Assembly (NCBI RefSeq): GCF_000181795.1
Contig: NW_003526941.1
Span: 4,305,218 to 4,369,217 of the forward strand
Reading direction: 5' to 3'
Length of the DNA: 64,000 nucleotides
Source of the DNA: Trichinella spiralis
Taxonomy: Eukaryota
The notes below the pieces were generated by a model that saw only the letters and a list, made by a program, of their open reading frames with translations, searched no databases and had not been told where the DNA came from. This document shows, one piece after another, positions 27,413 to 61,144 of this stretch (the stretch's first letter is position 1; each line of letters starts with the position of its first letter). The translations under genes and the position numbers were made by a program.

Positions 27413-28212
27413 ATGCAGGTATGTCATTGTTACATCAAATTTTTTATTAATCAAATAAATATGAAAAATTATTTTTCAATTTTGTATATAATTTAGAAAA
27501 CAAATTAAATTGATAATTTGTTATTGTAAAGCCATTTTACATGAATTTTAAAGTTGGAAAAGCTATTGAACAAACGCTATTTGTTAAGCGAACGAAATGC
27601 AATATTTCTGATTGATCAATTCTGATTTCTTATAATGCTTATTCTGCATTTTTCTACTTTTATTAATCTGCTTAATTACATTTCTTTTTCTTTAAAATGA
27701 TGCTGCTTTTTGAGTTCCTTGTAATAATACGTATTTGTTAAATTTCACCCACTCTTATAATGTTTCATATCACGTTAGTTATTTCTTTTTACTTTTAAAG
27801 GACTATTAGCTAACTAGAGAGCAGGAAATCATAACCGTAACAAACTCGTTGTTTCTTCATACGCATTATACAGTTTATCACTGTAAACTGTTGAAAAAGT
27901 TGAAAATCCCTTACAATTTAAAGTAATTTAAATAAAAGTAAAACAATGTGGTTTAAAGCAATTTTTGAAAACAAACAATTAGAAAAGATTTATTAAAGAA
28001 TTTGACGTAGGAACGAGATATTTGTCAGTTGTTTTTGCCAAGATGCTCTCCTTTTTCGTGCTCTTGCGAAAATTGCATTCCGTTTATAAATTATGGAAAC
28101 TACCGGAAACCAGAACAGTCGAGCAGAAGCCAAAATATTTATTGTATCGAACTCCAGATGCCAAAAAATACCGAACATTCGATTCACGTTTTCCCCAACG
28201 CAGCTGCAGATG
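27413..28212 (+). CDS. Candidate two-exon PKA N-terminus (27413-27418 + 28011-28212), Cys-rich
   Basis: ATG CAG|GTATGT (phase 0) joins GACGTAG|GAA...; open frame to GAT G|GTACGA (phase 1, as exon 2 requires). An internal ATG at 28158 sits directly after CTCCAG. Confidence 0.35.
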
Positions 28213-29480
28213 GTACGATGGACAGATTTAAATATTAATAAACAACTCATTCTGTACCATTTACCAGTTCACTATCACTGCACTATATTTCCAATTACTT
28301 CTGTTATACTCTCAATTGAAAATTGATGTTTTTATTTAAATTCTTATTTCCTGCATTGCATGATTTACATGCGTTTCGATGGTTTTGATCTCAATTTCAT
28401 ACTTGTTTGTGTTAAATAAAATGTATATTTATAAAATTGAATTGAAAATTGGTAGGAATAATATTGTTGTCAAATAAATGAAAAAACCAAGATTTTCAAG
28501 TACAATAATAATTTGCGCCATTGGAATGATGCTACGAACAGTTTGAATTTCAGGATAATTCATTTATTTCATATTTAATTAAAAAATATTATTCTGAAAA
28601 AATTAATATATCAAAAATATTTTAATTTATGCATTACTGCGCTGTAATTTTTCTTTTGTAATTTATGTGCATACTGTCAATGAAAAAAAAATTTTCTTAA
28701 ACTAACATTACGAGAAATAGATATAACAATAAAATATTTTTTTATGAAATTAATTTTTAATTTATACTTTAAAAATTAAATAAATGAATTTTTTTGAATA
28801 TTATTAATATGAAAATAAAAGAAAGAAAAGATAAAAATAGTTTTTTCTTTGTTTATTTAAAAAAACATTATTACAGTAATGGAATAAAACAAAACTGTAG
28901 TAATAATTTAAAAAAATAAATAAATAAACAATTAATAATTCATAATTAATAATAGATGGCGTATTAATGAATGGTAGTAGTAATGTAAAAACTGGCCAGT
29001 AGTGAAATTCTAGTTTGTAAGTAAGTTTGTGTACTGTTGGCGTTGTTGACACGGAGACGAGAAATTAGCAAACGACAAGGCAGACTTTGTTGTGCAGCAC
29101 GCGTGACTTTTACAATTGTCGTTGTCGTTGTCGGCGTGCAGGCACCTGTTGGCGGTGGTCTGTAGTGAAGAATCAAGTGGAGGAGGAGGTGGAGGTGGCT
29201 GGCTGGCTTGTGTAAATCCAGCGTTTGATTAAAAGCAGTCGTCGACTGGATTGTTTGAAAATTATAAAGCTTCGACATTTATTAGCTGTTAGTATAAGGA
29301 AAAGGTTGATTGTCAGTTTCACGTTCGTTTGTTTAAGTCCCATATCATCATCATCATCATCATCATTACCATTAGCATTAGCATCGCTACCATTAACTAA
29401 TATTACACCTAACTACCACAGTCGCTACTGCTAGCTAGCTTGCTAGCTAACTAACTAACCGACCGACCGACCAATCAGCA

Positions 29481-29628
29481 ATGCAGCAGGCTAGCGACCA
29501 CATGAAACCGGCCACTGCTTTTCGACCTCTTGTAACAACTACAACCGATACGGATTGTTCAACATTAATTGAACCAGAAGCCGACGAACCACCGTCTACA
29601 AAATCACCACGTCTTCATGAAATTCTAA
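29481..29628 (+). CDS. Candidate alternative PKA first exon (MQQASDHMKP...SPRLHEIL)
   Basis: 148 nt = 49 codons + 1, open; donor A|GTAAAT; GC-rich promoter-like context. Confidence 0.65.
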
Positions 29629-30118
29629 GTAAATATTAAGGAAAAAATTTGCATTTTTTCCATTTTTTTTCAATATTATTCATTCTTTTTTTTTAAAAAT
29701 TAATTGTGATATTTTATTATTGTACGGTGGAATTTGTTGTTGTCAAAGTTTTACCCTTTGTATTCTTTGATCAGTTAGTTGAAATTGCGTCAGCTTTGCG
29801 GTCGATCGGTCAATAATGGAATAATAATAATAATACACACACGAGCGCGCGTGCGTGCGTTCACTTACTTAGACCAAAAGCAGAGAGGCGAACGTGAGCC
29901 GCCTGGCGCGCCACGCCTTTTATCAACTTCAACCGTTTGGCCGTTTTATATTCGGCTTCTGACTTGTGTGTGTTCTCCATTGTTACTTTACATCCATTTG
30001 CTTCATTCATACGTTGACAAGCTTATTTCGATTTTTGTAAACTTGCAATTTAAAAAATTTAAATTTTAAAACAACAACTGATCCATATTATAATTATCTG
30101 TTGTCTATTCTGTTGGCG

Positions 30119-50648
<20,530 letters not shown>

Positions 50649-52579
50649 ATTTATAGACTCGCCGTGGATTTCAAATCTTTTTTGTTAGTCGTCGTATTAA
50701 AAACAGAAAAATATTAATAATAATAATAATAAGACAAAAAGAGGCAAATTCATTTTGCGGACTATTCGTGCTGCTGTTGACTGCTGCAATTGTCGAGTCA
50801 GTCTATATAGCCCCTAAATAATAAGCTTGACAGTAAAAGAAAATCTAAATATATATCACTGTCACAAGGACGCGTACAGTAGTCAGTCAATCGGTCAGTC
50901 AGTGAGTCATGACAGACGATGGTGCAGATGCTCAACTTATTTTTCTTTGTCATCATCGTTGTTTCTTTCCTCTTTTTTATTATTGGAAAAATTATTGCAT
51001 ATATATATATATATAATGCTAATGTTGAATGCAAATGACCAACAACTACTAAAAGTATACTTTCTTCTCCGAGCGTCCACGGGCAAGCTTTGTACTTTAT
51101 CGTACAGCTTTTTTAGATGACAAAAGTTCTTCATGTCGTTTGTGAATTCTTATTAAAAAAAAGATGAATTTATTCATTCGACTTTACCTAATAATAAATT
51201 TTCTGCTGATCAAAAATTTCAAGATCTAAAAGAAACATCATCTATCTTTTGATGCTGCTGCTGCTGATTGCTTCTTTTATTCACAAATGGGGAAAAAAGT
51301 TTTCTGCTTTTATCAAATTTCAATTACAACAAAAGTGTACAATTTATACTGACGAAGAAAATGATGGCCCACTGTTCGAATGAATGCCAGCCATTATTCG
51401 CTTTTTCATCAATTTTTAGATTATTTGCATATTTCACAAGATCAAACAACGTCTTCACAACATTGGTGGTGATCAGTTGAAGTGATATTGGTAGAACAAT
51501 CAAGCCAAATTGCCCACTATTTTTTGTTTTCCAAATTCTGTGTGTGAAGGAAATTGAAAAGCAGGTTGCTTGGAAATTGCAATCCATACCATATCAATTG
51601 ATATACACTGGAGAAATGAAATCCATATTAACACTGCATGGTAGTCGTATGACCAAATGAATATATTATAACTGCTAATGAATTTCACCAATTCACCGTT
51701 TGTGGTAAGTTTTTTGTTTTTTTCGTCTATAGTTAAATTATGTACAATAAATATAAATATTTTTTCAGAAGTGATAAGTAAGAATTTTATTTATTACTGA
51801 TATTTTTGCATGAATGAAAAAAAGAAAGAAAATGAAATTTCAAATATTGTTTACAATGCTTCCAAATAGCAAGTGATAAAGCAAAGTTTTTCTCTGGTAA
51901 TCGGAAATGTTGGAGGTGCTGTTCCAATTGGACAGTTTATCAGTGTGTGCTCTTTTGCTTTTTATCTGTTCATTCAATATGTATGCGGATGAGATTATCT
52001 TTTGCAAATAGTAGTTGATCACGAACAGGAGGACAGTCGAATTGTTCGCCGGTGAATGGCTAACAAATACAGATATCAATCAGTTGAATATATTATGCAT
52101 ATTTTGCTTTCAACCCAGTTGTCCAATGTTTTTTTCTTTCATATTGTTTGTTGTTCAATGCAATATGAAATGAAGAACAGTAGAAGAAAAATTGTCGACA
52201 ACTGCTGTGTCATTTGTTTCAAATGAAAAATTACCCCTCTACCTTTCTTCCCTTTTAGCCAATCTTCTTGCTCAGCTTTTTCCTCTTCTTCTTCTTCCAC
52301 GAGTGATGATGTTTTGCATTGTTTCTTCAAATTCCAACGTGTGATGTATTTCCAACAAATGTTTATGACGATGTAGCTGAAATATACATGCATATATATG
52401 TAACTGGGGAAAAAAAAAGAAGTTTCCTCATTTTATTGATCTCTGATCTATGATGAACTGAACATCACGGGAAAACATTTAAATTCAACATTCTTCTTCT
52501 TCTTCTGTTTTATTTCTTCTCATTTGCAAGTTCGTTTTAATATTTATTTTTTTCTTACTTGTAGAATTTCTTGTTCAAC

Positions 52580-54905
52580 ATGCTGTCGATTTGGTCTTTT
52601 CTTCTTCTTCTTGTCTTATTCAAATCTACTACACTGGTGATATCGGACAAAAATCCAGGCCAGAAGTGGGCTTTGCTTGTCGCCGGCTCCAACGGATGGT
52701 ACAACTATCGACATCAAGTGGGAAAATAAATTCATATTTAAGATGTAAAGTTTTATTCATTTATTTTTGCTTTTAGGCAGATATTTGTCACGCTTATCAA
52801 ATATTGCGCAAACACGGTGTACCCGACAGTAATATTGTTGTGATGATGTACGACGATATTGCTTATAATGAAGAGTAAGAAAATGGATGCAATATTTTAT
52901 TTGTTGTCTTTTTGTTTAATAATAAATTCTGCATGATGACGGTAAAGTGATTGAATTTGAATATTTTTTTTATTTTTCAGAAACAAATTATCGGGAAAAA
53001 TTATCAACCATCCTGACGGTGTGGATGTTTATCAGAACGTACCGAAAGATTATATTGGAAAAGCAAGTTACTTGTTGAAAAAAAACACACTTGCACACTT
53101 TTCTTCTGTAATAAATTCATTTTCTAAAGGATGTCAATGTGAACAATTTCATGAAAATTTTGCTTGGTAAAGAAAAAGAGATGCAACATATTGGAAGTGG
53201 TAAAGTAATCAAAAGGTACGGTAATCAGCTCGCTTGCTGTTCAAATGGAATATGTGAACTTTTCTTCCACCATGAATAATTGCATTGCATTGTAAAAATT
53301 TACATTACAGTGGACCGGATGATCATATTTTTATCAATTTTGTCGATCATGGTGGCAGGGGAATTTTGTGCTTTCCTGAAGGAGAAGTGAAAGAAATTTC
53401 AATTGAATGTGAAAAGAAATTTACTTGCTAATTTACATTTCAGATGACCATTGGAGAATTGAATAAAACTCTCACAGAAATGCATCGCTTGAAAAAATAT
53501 GGTCAAGTACTATTCTACTTTTTTTTGTTTATTTTTTTTCTTCTTAAATATTTAATATCTATTTGAGCAATGGACAGTATTAATAGTAATCTGTTTTTCA
53601 GATGCTCATTTACATTGAAGCTTGTGAATCAGGCTCGATGTTCAAGAATGTATTGCCGAACGATATTAAAAGTAAGTAAATTTATTGTAAAATTAGCGAC
53701 GAGTTGAATTTTGAATATTTCAAAATTCTTTCATCAAATAATAAATTCAAAAAATTAACAATTGACGGTAAAAGTTTTAGTGTGTAAAATAATAATTGTT
53801 CGATGAGTAAAAAGTTAATGCCGTTAGTTGTTGATTGCTTGCTTCTTCTTCTTCTTCCTCTTTTTCAGTTTATGCCACAACAGCTGCCAATGCACGAGAA
53901 AGCTCGTACGCGTGCTATTTTTCAGAAGAATTGGAAACTTATCTGGGCGATTGTTACTCTGTCAATTGGATGGAGAACAGTGATAAAGTGCGGTTGTTGC
54001 AGACAACAGTTTTGCATATGGAAAAATGAAAAATCCCAAATTTATTATTAAATGATCAAGAATGTGCGATTTGTTTAGGAACTGCTTTGGTTGGAAACTG
54101 TCGGCGAACAGTACAACATTGTAAAATTCGAAACGAACACCAGTCACGTGTCAGAATTTGGCGACCGCAGCGTTAGTGAAGATTATTTGTCAGATTTTCA
54201 AGGGGAGGAGATATTTTTCAAATTTGGAAATTCATTGTTTTTACAACTGCTACAACAGCAACCGCAGAACAGACGACCACCAAATGTACATTTGGATGCG
54301 GTATCAAGTCGTGATGTACCGTTGGAAATATTGAAACGAAAAGTCAGCAAAAATGGATACGAAAGTGACGCTGCACGACAAAATCTTCACTCATTGCTGT
54401 TGGTGAGTCCATTTTTTCATAAAAAGATAATAATAATGAATTTATTTATTTCATACTCAGAAAAGAAAATATGTCGATGAATTTATAAATCAAATGGTTG
54501 TTGAAATTTCGAAACATTTTCACCTCAACCACGACGCTATGCTGACCAAACGAGTTGCTGATGATGTAGTGGATTTCTACTGCCACACCAAATTGGTTCA
54601 TCACTTTAGTCGCAACTGCTTCTCGTTTAGCAAAGTAAGTGGTATTCCTTTTATTGAATCCACTTGACTTATGAATAATAATTTTAAAATTTAACGATCA
54701 AAATCAATTTTATATTATAATTCAAATTTTTGAAATTTTTTTAAAAATTCTTACTTTTATTATTCCATTTTTTCAGAACACATATGCACTGAAATATGCG
54801 TACGTTTTGACGAACCTGTGCAATACTGGAATTCCTGTCGATGAAATTTTGATTCGCATGGAAAAATCATGCAAAACTGCTAAAAAATATTCAAACGTAG
54901 TCTAG
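52580..54905 (+). CDS. LGMN: Legumain / asparaginyl endopeptidase (peptidase C13), 11 exons, signal peptide
   Basis: [33 protein letters not shown], catalytic His (FVDHGG) and Cys ([11 protein letters not shown]), [38 protein letters not shown]. Confidence 0.96.
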
Positions 54906-57900
54906 CTTAGCTTATCACTGACGAAGCATACCGTTGACAGGGCAGCAGCAGCCCCAGTTGGATGCTTTAAAACGCAGACATTTGAAAATATCGAACAATA
55001 AATAGCATTTTTTAAATCTATTATGTAATATCTAGTTTTATTTTTGTTGTTTTTTAATGGTAGAATATACGATTTTTGTTCTATTTCTTTTTTTTACAAT
55101 ATACTTTTCTCAACTTGCTGCTGTTTTATTTCAGGCACGTGTATTCTTTTTAGGCATGAGTGAAAGCAATCATCACGTGTAGTTTGTCACTTGATTCTGT
55201 CCCAATGAAGATGCACTGTTTTGTATAAAAATTTTACGGTGCAATAAAATGAAAATTAAAATTAATTAATTCTCATGAACACAGATTTGCCGCCTAATGG
55301 TGCAATTCATGATTGTTGAGCATTTTGCAGTTTTAACTTACGTTCCAAATGAATCGAAGCAAATTCAGAAGCAGGTGATTAAAAAAATTTCAGTTTATAT
55401 AGCAACACATTCAACATTGAAAATGTTATCCGAGAAATAGTTATGCAAATAATGTTCACTATAACGTTCGTGAGTCGACATTGCCCCAAAGAAGTAGTAG
55501 TAGATTGTTAATTATTGTAATGATGTTATTGAAAATTTTCAGCATACTTTAACGCATAATGAAGTAATAATCCTCAGTACGATACAAATGGCAAATCAAT
55601 CGAATTGATGTGTGCCCAGTGATTTTTTTGTTCGTTGTCATTTCTACTCGTCCATGTACAAATGAAACGGTAGGTATTTTTGTGAATTTTCATATTTTTG
55701 TTTCGTAACTCTCAACGTTGTTGTCTATTTAACGATCCATAATTTATTTACATGTCTTTGTTGGTAATTTTGTTTTGAAAATCTACTCTTAATACAATGC
55801 ACTCGTTGTTAATAACTTTTAGAAATTTTCTCATTTGCATACTTGCTCTGGAAGTGAAAATTACGTTTTCATAACTACTGCTTTACGTTTTGATTTTCAT
55901 TATTAAGCGACGTCTGTTTCAAAGTAAACATACTATTACGGATCGCGTCACAAAATTTTGCATAAATGTGCTATGGAATGTAAGTAATTTTCATATTTTG
56001 CATATTAGTGCTATTGACTTTCGTACCTATGTTAGTTAGCTGGACAACTGAGTCATTTTACACTGTTTGATGATGGTAAGAACTATTTTACAATTTCCTT
56101 TATAAATATTAAAAAATAATACAAATTTTCTTGTTTATTGTTATCACACTTATCGTTTATTAAAGTTTCCTGTTGCCGTTGTCATGAAATTGGAAAAACT
56201 TTCAAAAATAATACATTTGATAATGTAGAAATAATCAATTTAGTGATTTTACTGATTGTTCAGAGTATTACTCATTTTATATTTTTCAACTAATGACGAT
56301 TTATTGAACAATATTTTATTGCCACATCAATGCAATCATTGATAGAAAGCATGAAATATGCTGTTGGAAAATGAACTACAGAAAATTACTTTTCAGATCA
56401 ACCCCACCTGGAGGCATCGAAAGTCGAGAAACGCAGGAATGCCCCAAGGCTGAGCCAGGTCAAGAGAAAAGTTATATTAATGAGATGGAATTGCCGGCGC
56501 GATCAGTATGACTATTAGTTTCGTGTGTGAACATTTGCTCTCGATATCTAACCTGTTGATGCCTATTATCATTGTTCTGTCATTGTATCAGAACATAACT
56601 ATGCCTTTTGAATTTGGTGTTCTGTTCATCCATGAACATTTGAAGCTCTTTGGTTGTATTCATTCATTTCCTTCAGCACAGTTATCTTGAACAATGACAA
56701 ATGATTTGTCATTAGCGTTTGGTGCTTTGAGTTGGCTATGAAGCAACGTCTTGTGCATTGATCATATAACAAAGAAGGGATGGTTGAGTGTACAACCGGA
56801 ATTCTGTGGAGCCAGTATTCTGCCGAGGACACTGAAGTGTGAATTGGTAAAGGCAAGAAACTGCAACGGCAGATATGTTTGACTCTCCTGTCAGATGGAG
56901 AAGCTGTGGAAGATGTGGCCTTGCAGTGGATGCCAGTTGATTTTGGCATTCATCGTGGTTGATAATGCTTCATGGCAGACTTACGTTCATGCACCTTGCC
57001 GCCGCTGATACAATTGTTGGCGACAACAGCAGAGCCTGCTCAGACTGGTGTCTGGAATTCATGCAACGATTACCTGCATGGCACCATTTAGCAAAGCAAC
57101 CGTTTCAGTTATCATGGCGAATGGATTTGTCTTCGGACGATCCACTATCAGCTGAAATACGTACCTGGCGGCAATCAAGAGAACACCTGACATTTGCTAC
57201 AGGTAGAAATTCTACGAGTTATCATCCCACAACAAATGAGCCTGTACATCCATGCTTTTGGAGATGGCTTTCTGCGATTTCAAGCAATGATTCTAATTTT
57301 TATTGCTTCCCCAAACATTGTTTTTCCTTACTAACACTTTTGTACGTGCAACAAACCTGGTAATGCCGTGATGAACGGCAAATACCTCTACTAACATCTA
57401 TGACCCATTGCCAATGTGGAAACCCCCTCTGACCTCTAGTTCTTCAGTTTATCAATATGCTCATGCTGGTCCTCCAATAAATGATTATCATATCTTGAAA
57501 ATGTAGTCCCACCATTAACAAGCCTTATGCTATGGATACCAATCGATACTGTCCACATGTAAGTTGAATAGGAAAAGTCAACATACATGTGACGCACATT
57601 CAAGCCTTGTTCTGATTCCTTAACTGACCATACTCCTCAGAACCCTTACAAACCCTGATGCCAAACAACAGGCAGGCATTGTATGTACCCTTTCCAATCC
57701 ACCCAGCATGATGCAGGAATGTCGTTACTTTTGCATGATGATTTTACCGCAGACCTTTGAATTGTTTTCCGCATAACATCGGCAGAATGTAGAAGTTGTA
57801 TCCCTTTTCAAACAAGAGACCAATTTGTTCTTCCCAAGATATGACGACCATCAAATGTTGCTGTTGCTTTTCATAACAATGTTGCACGCAGCTTAATGGT

Positions 57901-58440
57901 TTTGCACCATCAAAAAATGGTAAGAATTTCTTTATAAGTATAGATGTTCTTGTGTATAGGACACTAACCGTATGTGAACTTTTTGGCGCATTTTATATGA
58001 ATAATTTCAAATTGTTTGTGCCATAATGTCGAGATGAGGTATAGAATTATTTTTCCAGATCGCATTCAGTTTTGGTGCATTTGTGTTGGGTCGAATAGCG
58101 CTACTTGAGCGTTGTTTGTATAATATAGAAATTAATCTATTCTACAACTGTCCTTTTAGTAACAAAGTGCCTGTTTTCTTGATTGACGTCACTAACAGTA
58201 ACCTCAGATAACGCTCTATGAATTCATTATTCTATGAATATGAATTTTGTTCTTAATTATTTAGCAGTATTAAGATTGAATTTATCAGTAATGTACTTTT
58301 CCTTTTCTTAACCACATAACTTAACCACATTCTTAATGCTTAACCCACATTTGAGTACTTGCTTCAGCTAAAAGGAAAGAAGCGGCTCTGATATGAGGAG
58401 CTTGCTGATGATGTGGTAATGGTCTGGGAGGTTACAGGCT

Positions 58441-58629
58441 AATTACGTAGTAATGCAATGTTACGTACTAATATGAAGTGTGTAAATAAAAACGTAATAA
58501 ATTTCATCGTCTCGTTTAATAGCGATGTTCATGATATTTATTTTACTGCGCTATTACTGATGGAAAATTAGGTTGTTCTTCCTGAGGCAAAGTAAATAGT
58601 CATTTGCATAATTTACTTATTATTATACG
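58441..58629 (+). repeat. Left arm of the segment homologous (inverted) to ~955-1145
   Basis: The reverse complement is near-identical to AGTAAATTATGCAAATGACTATTTACTTTGCCTC...GATGAAATTTATTACG at 969-1093. Confidence 0.9.
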
Positions 58630-59219
58630 TGTAACAACCATTGCTTTACGGCGGCGTTGCTCATTGCAGGTCCGGCTGAGGTAGACGCAGAGCTGCGGCA
58701 GTAAAACCTCCCATCCCACCCATTTCAAAGACCGTCGGCGAGGACCGCAGGTGGCTTCTGGCGATAGACCCTCATGACACGACACGTCGTTACCCAATTA
58801 GCTATTGTTCGGGTCGTCTGGTCATTGATCCAAGGGGACGCCGGTCGCTGATCATCCGTTGGTGCAGCGGTTCAAATCCCGCGCGTAACGAGCCGTTGAT
58901 TTACAGAAAAACCGCAAGCCGGGGGATTGTCAGCAAGACAATAGGGGATCAAATTTCAGTTGACCCACCCCCGTGCTCTCCTGCGGCGAAACCCTTCTAT
59001 ATATTGGAGCGGTAAAGACCGAGAGGGGGCTCTTCGATCTTTGCGGAGCGAGAGCGGTGACCGACGCGGAGACGAGTGGTACGAGTAAAGGCGTGTACAG
59101 AGAATGTCAGCAAAAAGACGAGACTGAGAATGCGAGAAAGACCAAGCGCAGAGCGACGGCGGACGAACTGGCGCGAACCCGGAGGCAGACCAGCCGACCC
59201 CACCCGGTAGGTCGTTAAA
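58630..59219 (+). repeat. 5' LTR (~590 bp)
   Basis: Terminal inverted ends TGTAACAACC/GGTCGTTAAA; TATA-like TATATAT at ~58998; its 3' part recurs at 61006-61144. Confidence 0.85.
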
Positions 59220-59220
59220 A

Positions 59221-59238
59221 TGGGGTCCTGTCCGGGAA
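59221..59238 (+). promoter_or_regulatory. Primer-binding site (TGGGGTCCTGTCCGGGAA), resembling a tRNA-Pro-type PBS
   Basis: TGG start 1 nt after the LTR end; 14/18 match to the standard tRNA-Pro PBS TGGGGGCTCGTCCGGGAT. The cognate tRNA is not verified. Confidence 0.65.
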
Positions 59239-59298
59239 CTAGCGTCGAGGAGAGCCGGAACTACTTGTTACGGCCTACCCCCAGCCTTTTCCCCAGAG

Positions 59299-60302
59299 AT
59301 GGACCCGACCGAGTGGCTGGACGCGGTAGAAGACTTCTTCGTTAACAATGTACCACCCGCACGCCAAGCCGCCAGCGCTCGCCTGCTTATGATGGAAGCC
59401 GAGCGAAGTGAGCTTTTCCCGGCCGGGTCGACACGGGACATCTCCTGGCAGGAGCCCTGGAAACGTCGCCTCCCGGACACCTACTGCCAGAGCGAGTCTC
59501 AGATGACCATGACGGACGGCTCTAGGGTCCGGGTCGTCCACGAACCAGACCCGGTAACGCGTCCAGGCGTTGGATGGATGCGCCTGGATTACGGCAAGCC
59601 CTCGGGAAGTACCACTGGAGGAGACCGTATGGGAGGGACCCGACACCGACAGCGTACAGCTGGAAGCCTGTGAACGCGCTCTGGTGGCCAGAGCGGAGTG
59701 TTCCGCGCGGAATCGGCGGGTCCTACGCAGCTTACTCCGGAGGTACGGGAAGGTCATCTCGTGCGGTGAGGCCGACCTCAGACGAACGAACCTTGTCCAG
59801 CACCGCATCGAGACCGGAGAGGCCCAGCCGGTGAAACTGCCACCCCGCCGCCTTCCCCAAGCCCAGCGGGAGGTCGTGGATCACCTAATCCGCGAAATGT
59901 TGCACGCGGGGGTAATCGAATTACCCTCAGGCCCCTGGAGTTCACCGGTAGTGTTGGTTCGGAAGAAGGACCCTTCCCTACGGTTCTGCGTTGACTACCG
60001 CAGACTGAACGCTGTGACGCGCGTTGACGCCCAACCCATCCCGCGCATAGACGATACGATAAACGCGCTTGCCAGGGCCAAGTGGTTCAACACGCTCGAT
60101 TTGGCGTCCGGCTACTGGCAGGTCGAAGTCGCGGGAAGGGACCGGGACACCCCTGGGGCTCTTCCAATTCCGCGTCATGCCGTTCGGACTGTGCAACGCC
60201 CCGGCGACGTTTCAGCGTTTGGAAAAAGCGCTGAGGGGACTGACGTGGAAGACGTGCCTCGTCTATCTCGATGACATTATCGTCCTCGGGAAGACAGAGG
60301 AA
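59299..60302 (+). pseudogene. gag fragment plus truncated, frameshifted Gypsy reverse transcriptase
   Basis: MDPTEWLDAVEDFF (gag-like); SPVVLVRKKD..LRFCVDYRRLN, LDLASGYWQ; small deletion/frameshift near 60147; then MPFGLCNAPATFQR and VYLDDII. No RNase H or integrase. Confidence 0.9.
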
Positions 60303-61144
60303 GATGGCCATGCGCCTATCTTAATACACAGGAAAGCAGCCCATATGAAACTCCGTTGAAACGGATCGACGATGTTTGAATTTTGGCACAGGAATGTTTT
60401 TCGACATTGTAATGAGGTATTCGTTCACATTGCATTTTGTTATTCAATATTTCGTTGTTTTGGGCAAGTCGATTTTCCTTAATTTTCGGTCCATTTCGAA
60501 TAAATTTAAAAAGGTTATTTCAATACGAGTTGAGATGTGCATAAAGTCTTCCATTTGTTAGTTTTCCACTGACTTATCTCATTTAATCGACCAGTAGAAA
60601 GGAATTTTTCAAGTTGTTCCTGCCAATATTTATTAAAACCTGAGTGCTTATCGTATGCTTACTGTACGTTTGATGTTTCGAAAAACAATCATATCATNNN
60701 NNNNNNNNNNNNNNNNNNNNNNNNNNNNNNNNNNNNNNNNNNNNNNNNNNNNNNNNNNNNNNNNNNNNNNNNNNNNNNNNNNNNNNNNNNNNNNNNNNNN
60801 NNNNNNNNNNNNNNNNNNNNNNNNNTTATCTCATTTAATCGGTCTGTTGATAGGAATTTTTCAAGTTGTTCCTGCCAATATTTAGTGAAACCGGAGGGGT
60901 TATCGTATGCTTACTGTACGTTTGATGTTTTCGAAAAACAATCATATCATTGAATTCTATGCTGTTCATGATCTTAATTATTCATTGGGCATCTCATTGA
61001 TACAAAGTAAAGGCGTGTACAGAGAATGTCGTCAAGAAGACGAGACCGAGAGTGCGAGAAAGACCAAGCGCAGACCAGCGACGGCGGACGAACTGGCGCG
61101 AACCCGGAGGCAGATCAGCCGACCCCACCCGGCGGGTCGTTACG

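Larger units (their letters stand above)
58630..61144 (+). mobile_element. Decayed Ty3/Gypsy LTR retrotransposon with 4-bp TSD (TACG)
   Basis: Starts TGTAACAACC and ends GGTCGTTACG; TACG on both flanks (58626-58629, 61145-61148). 5' LTR 58630-59219, 3' LTR remnant 61006-61144, high GC, gag and RT remnants. Confidence 0.9.

Noticed and set aside
29425..29475. Graded tetranucleotide runs (CTAG/CTAA/CCGA; also CCAG/TCAG at 42690-42750)
   Set aside because: Ordinary compound microsatellites; no evidence of more than slippage.
58855..58930. tRNA gene in the LTR
   Set aside because: A and B boxes overlap with no anticodon arm or cloverleaf.
60575..60951. ~120 bp direct repeat flanking the N gap
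   Set aside because: Both copies abut the gap and differ by read-end-type errors; likely contig overlap.
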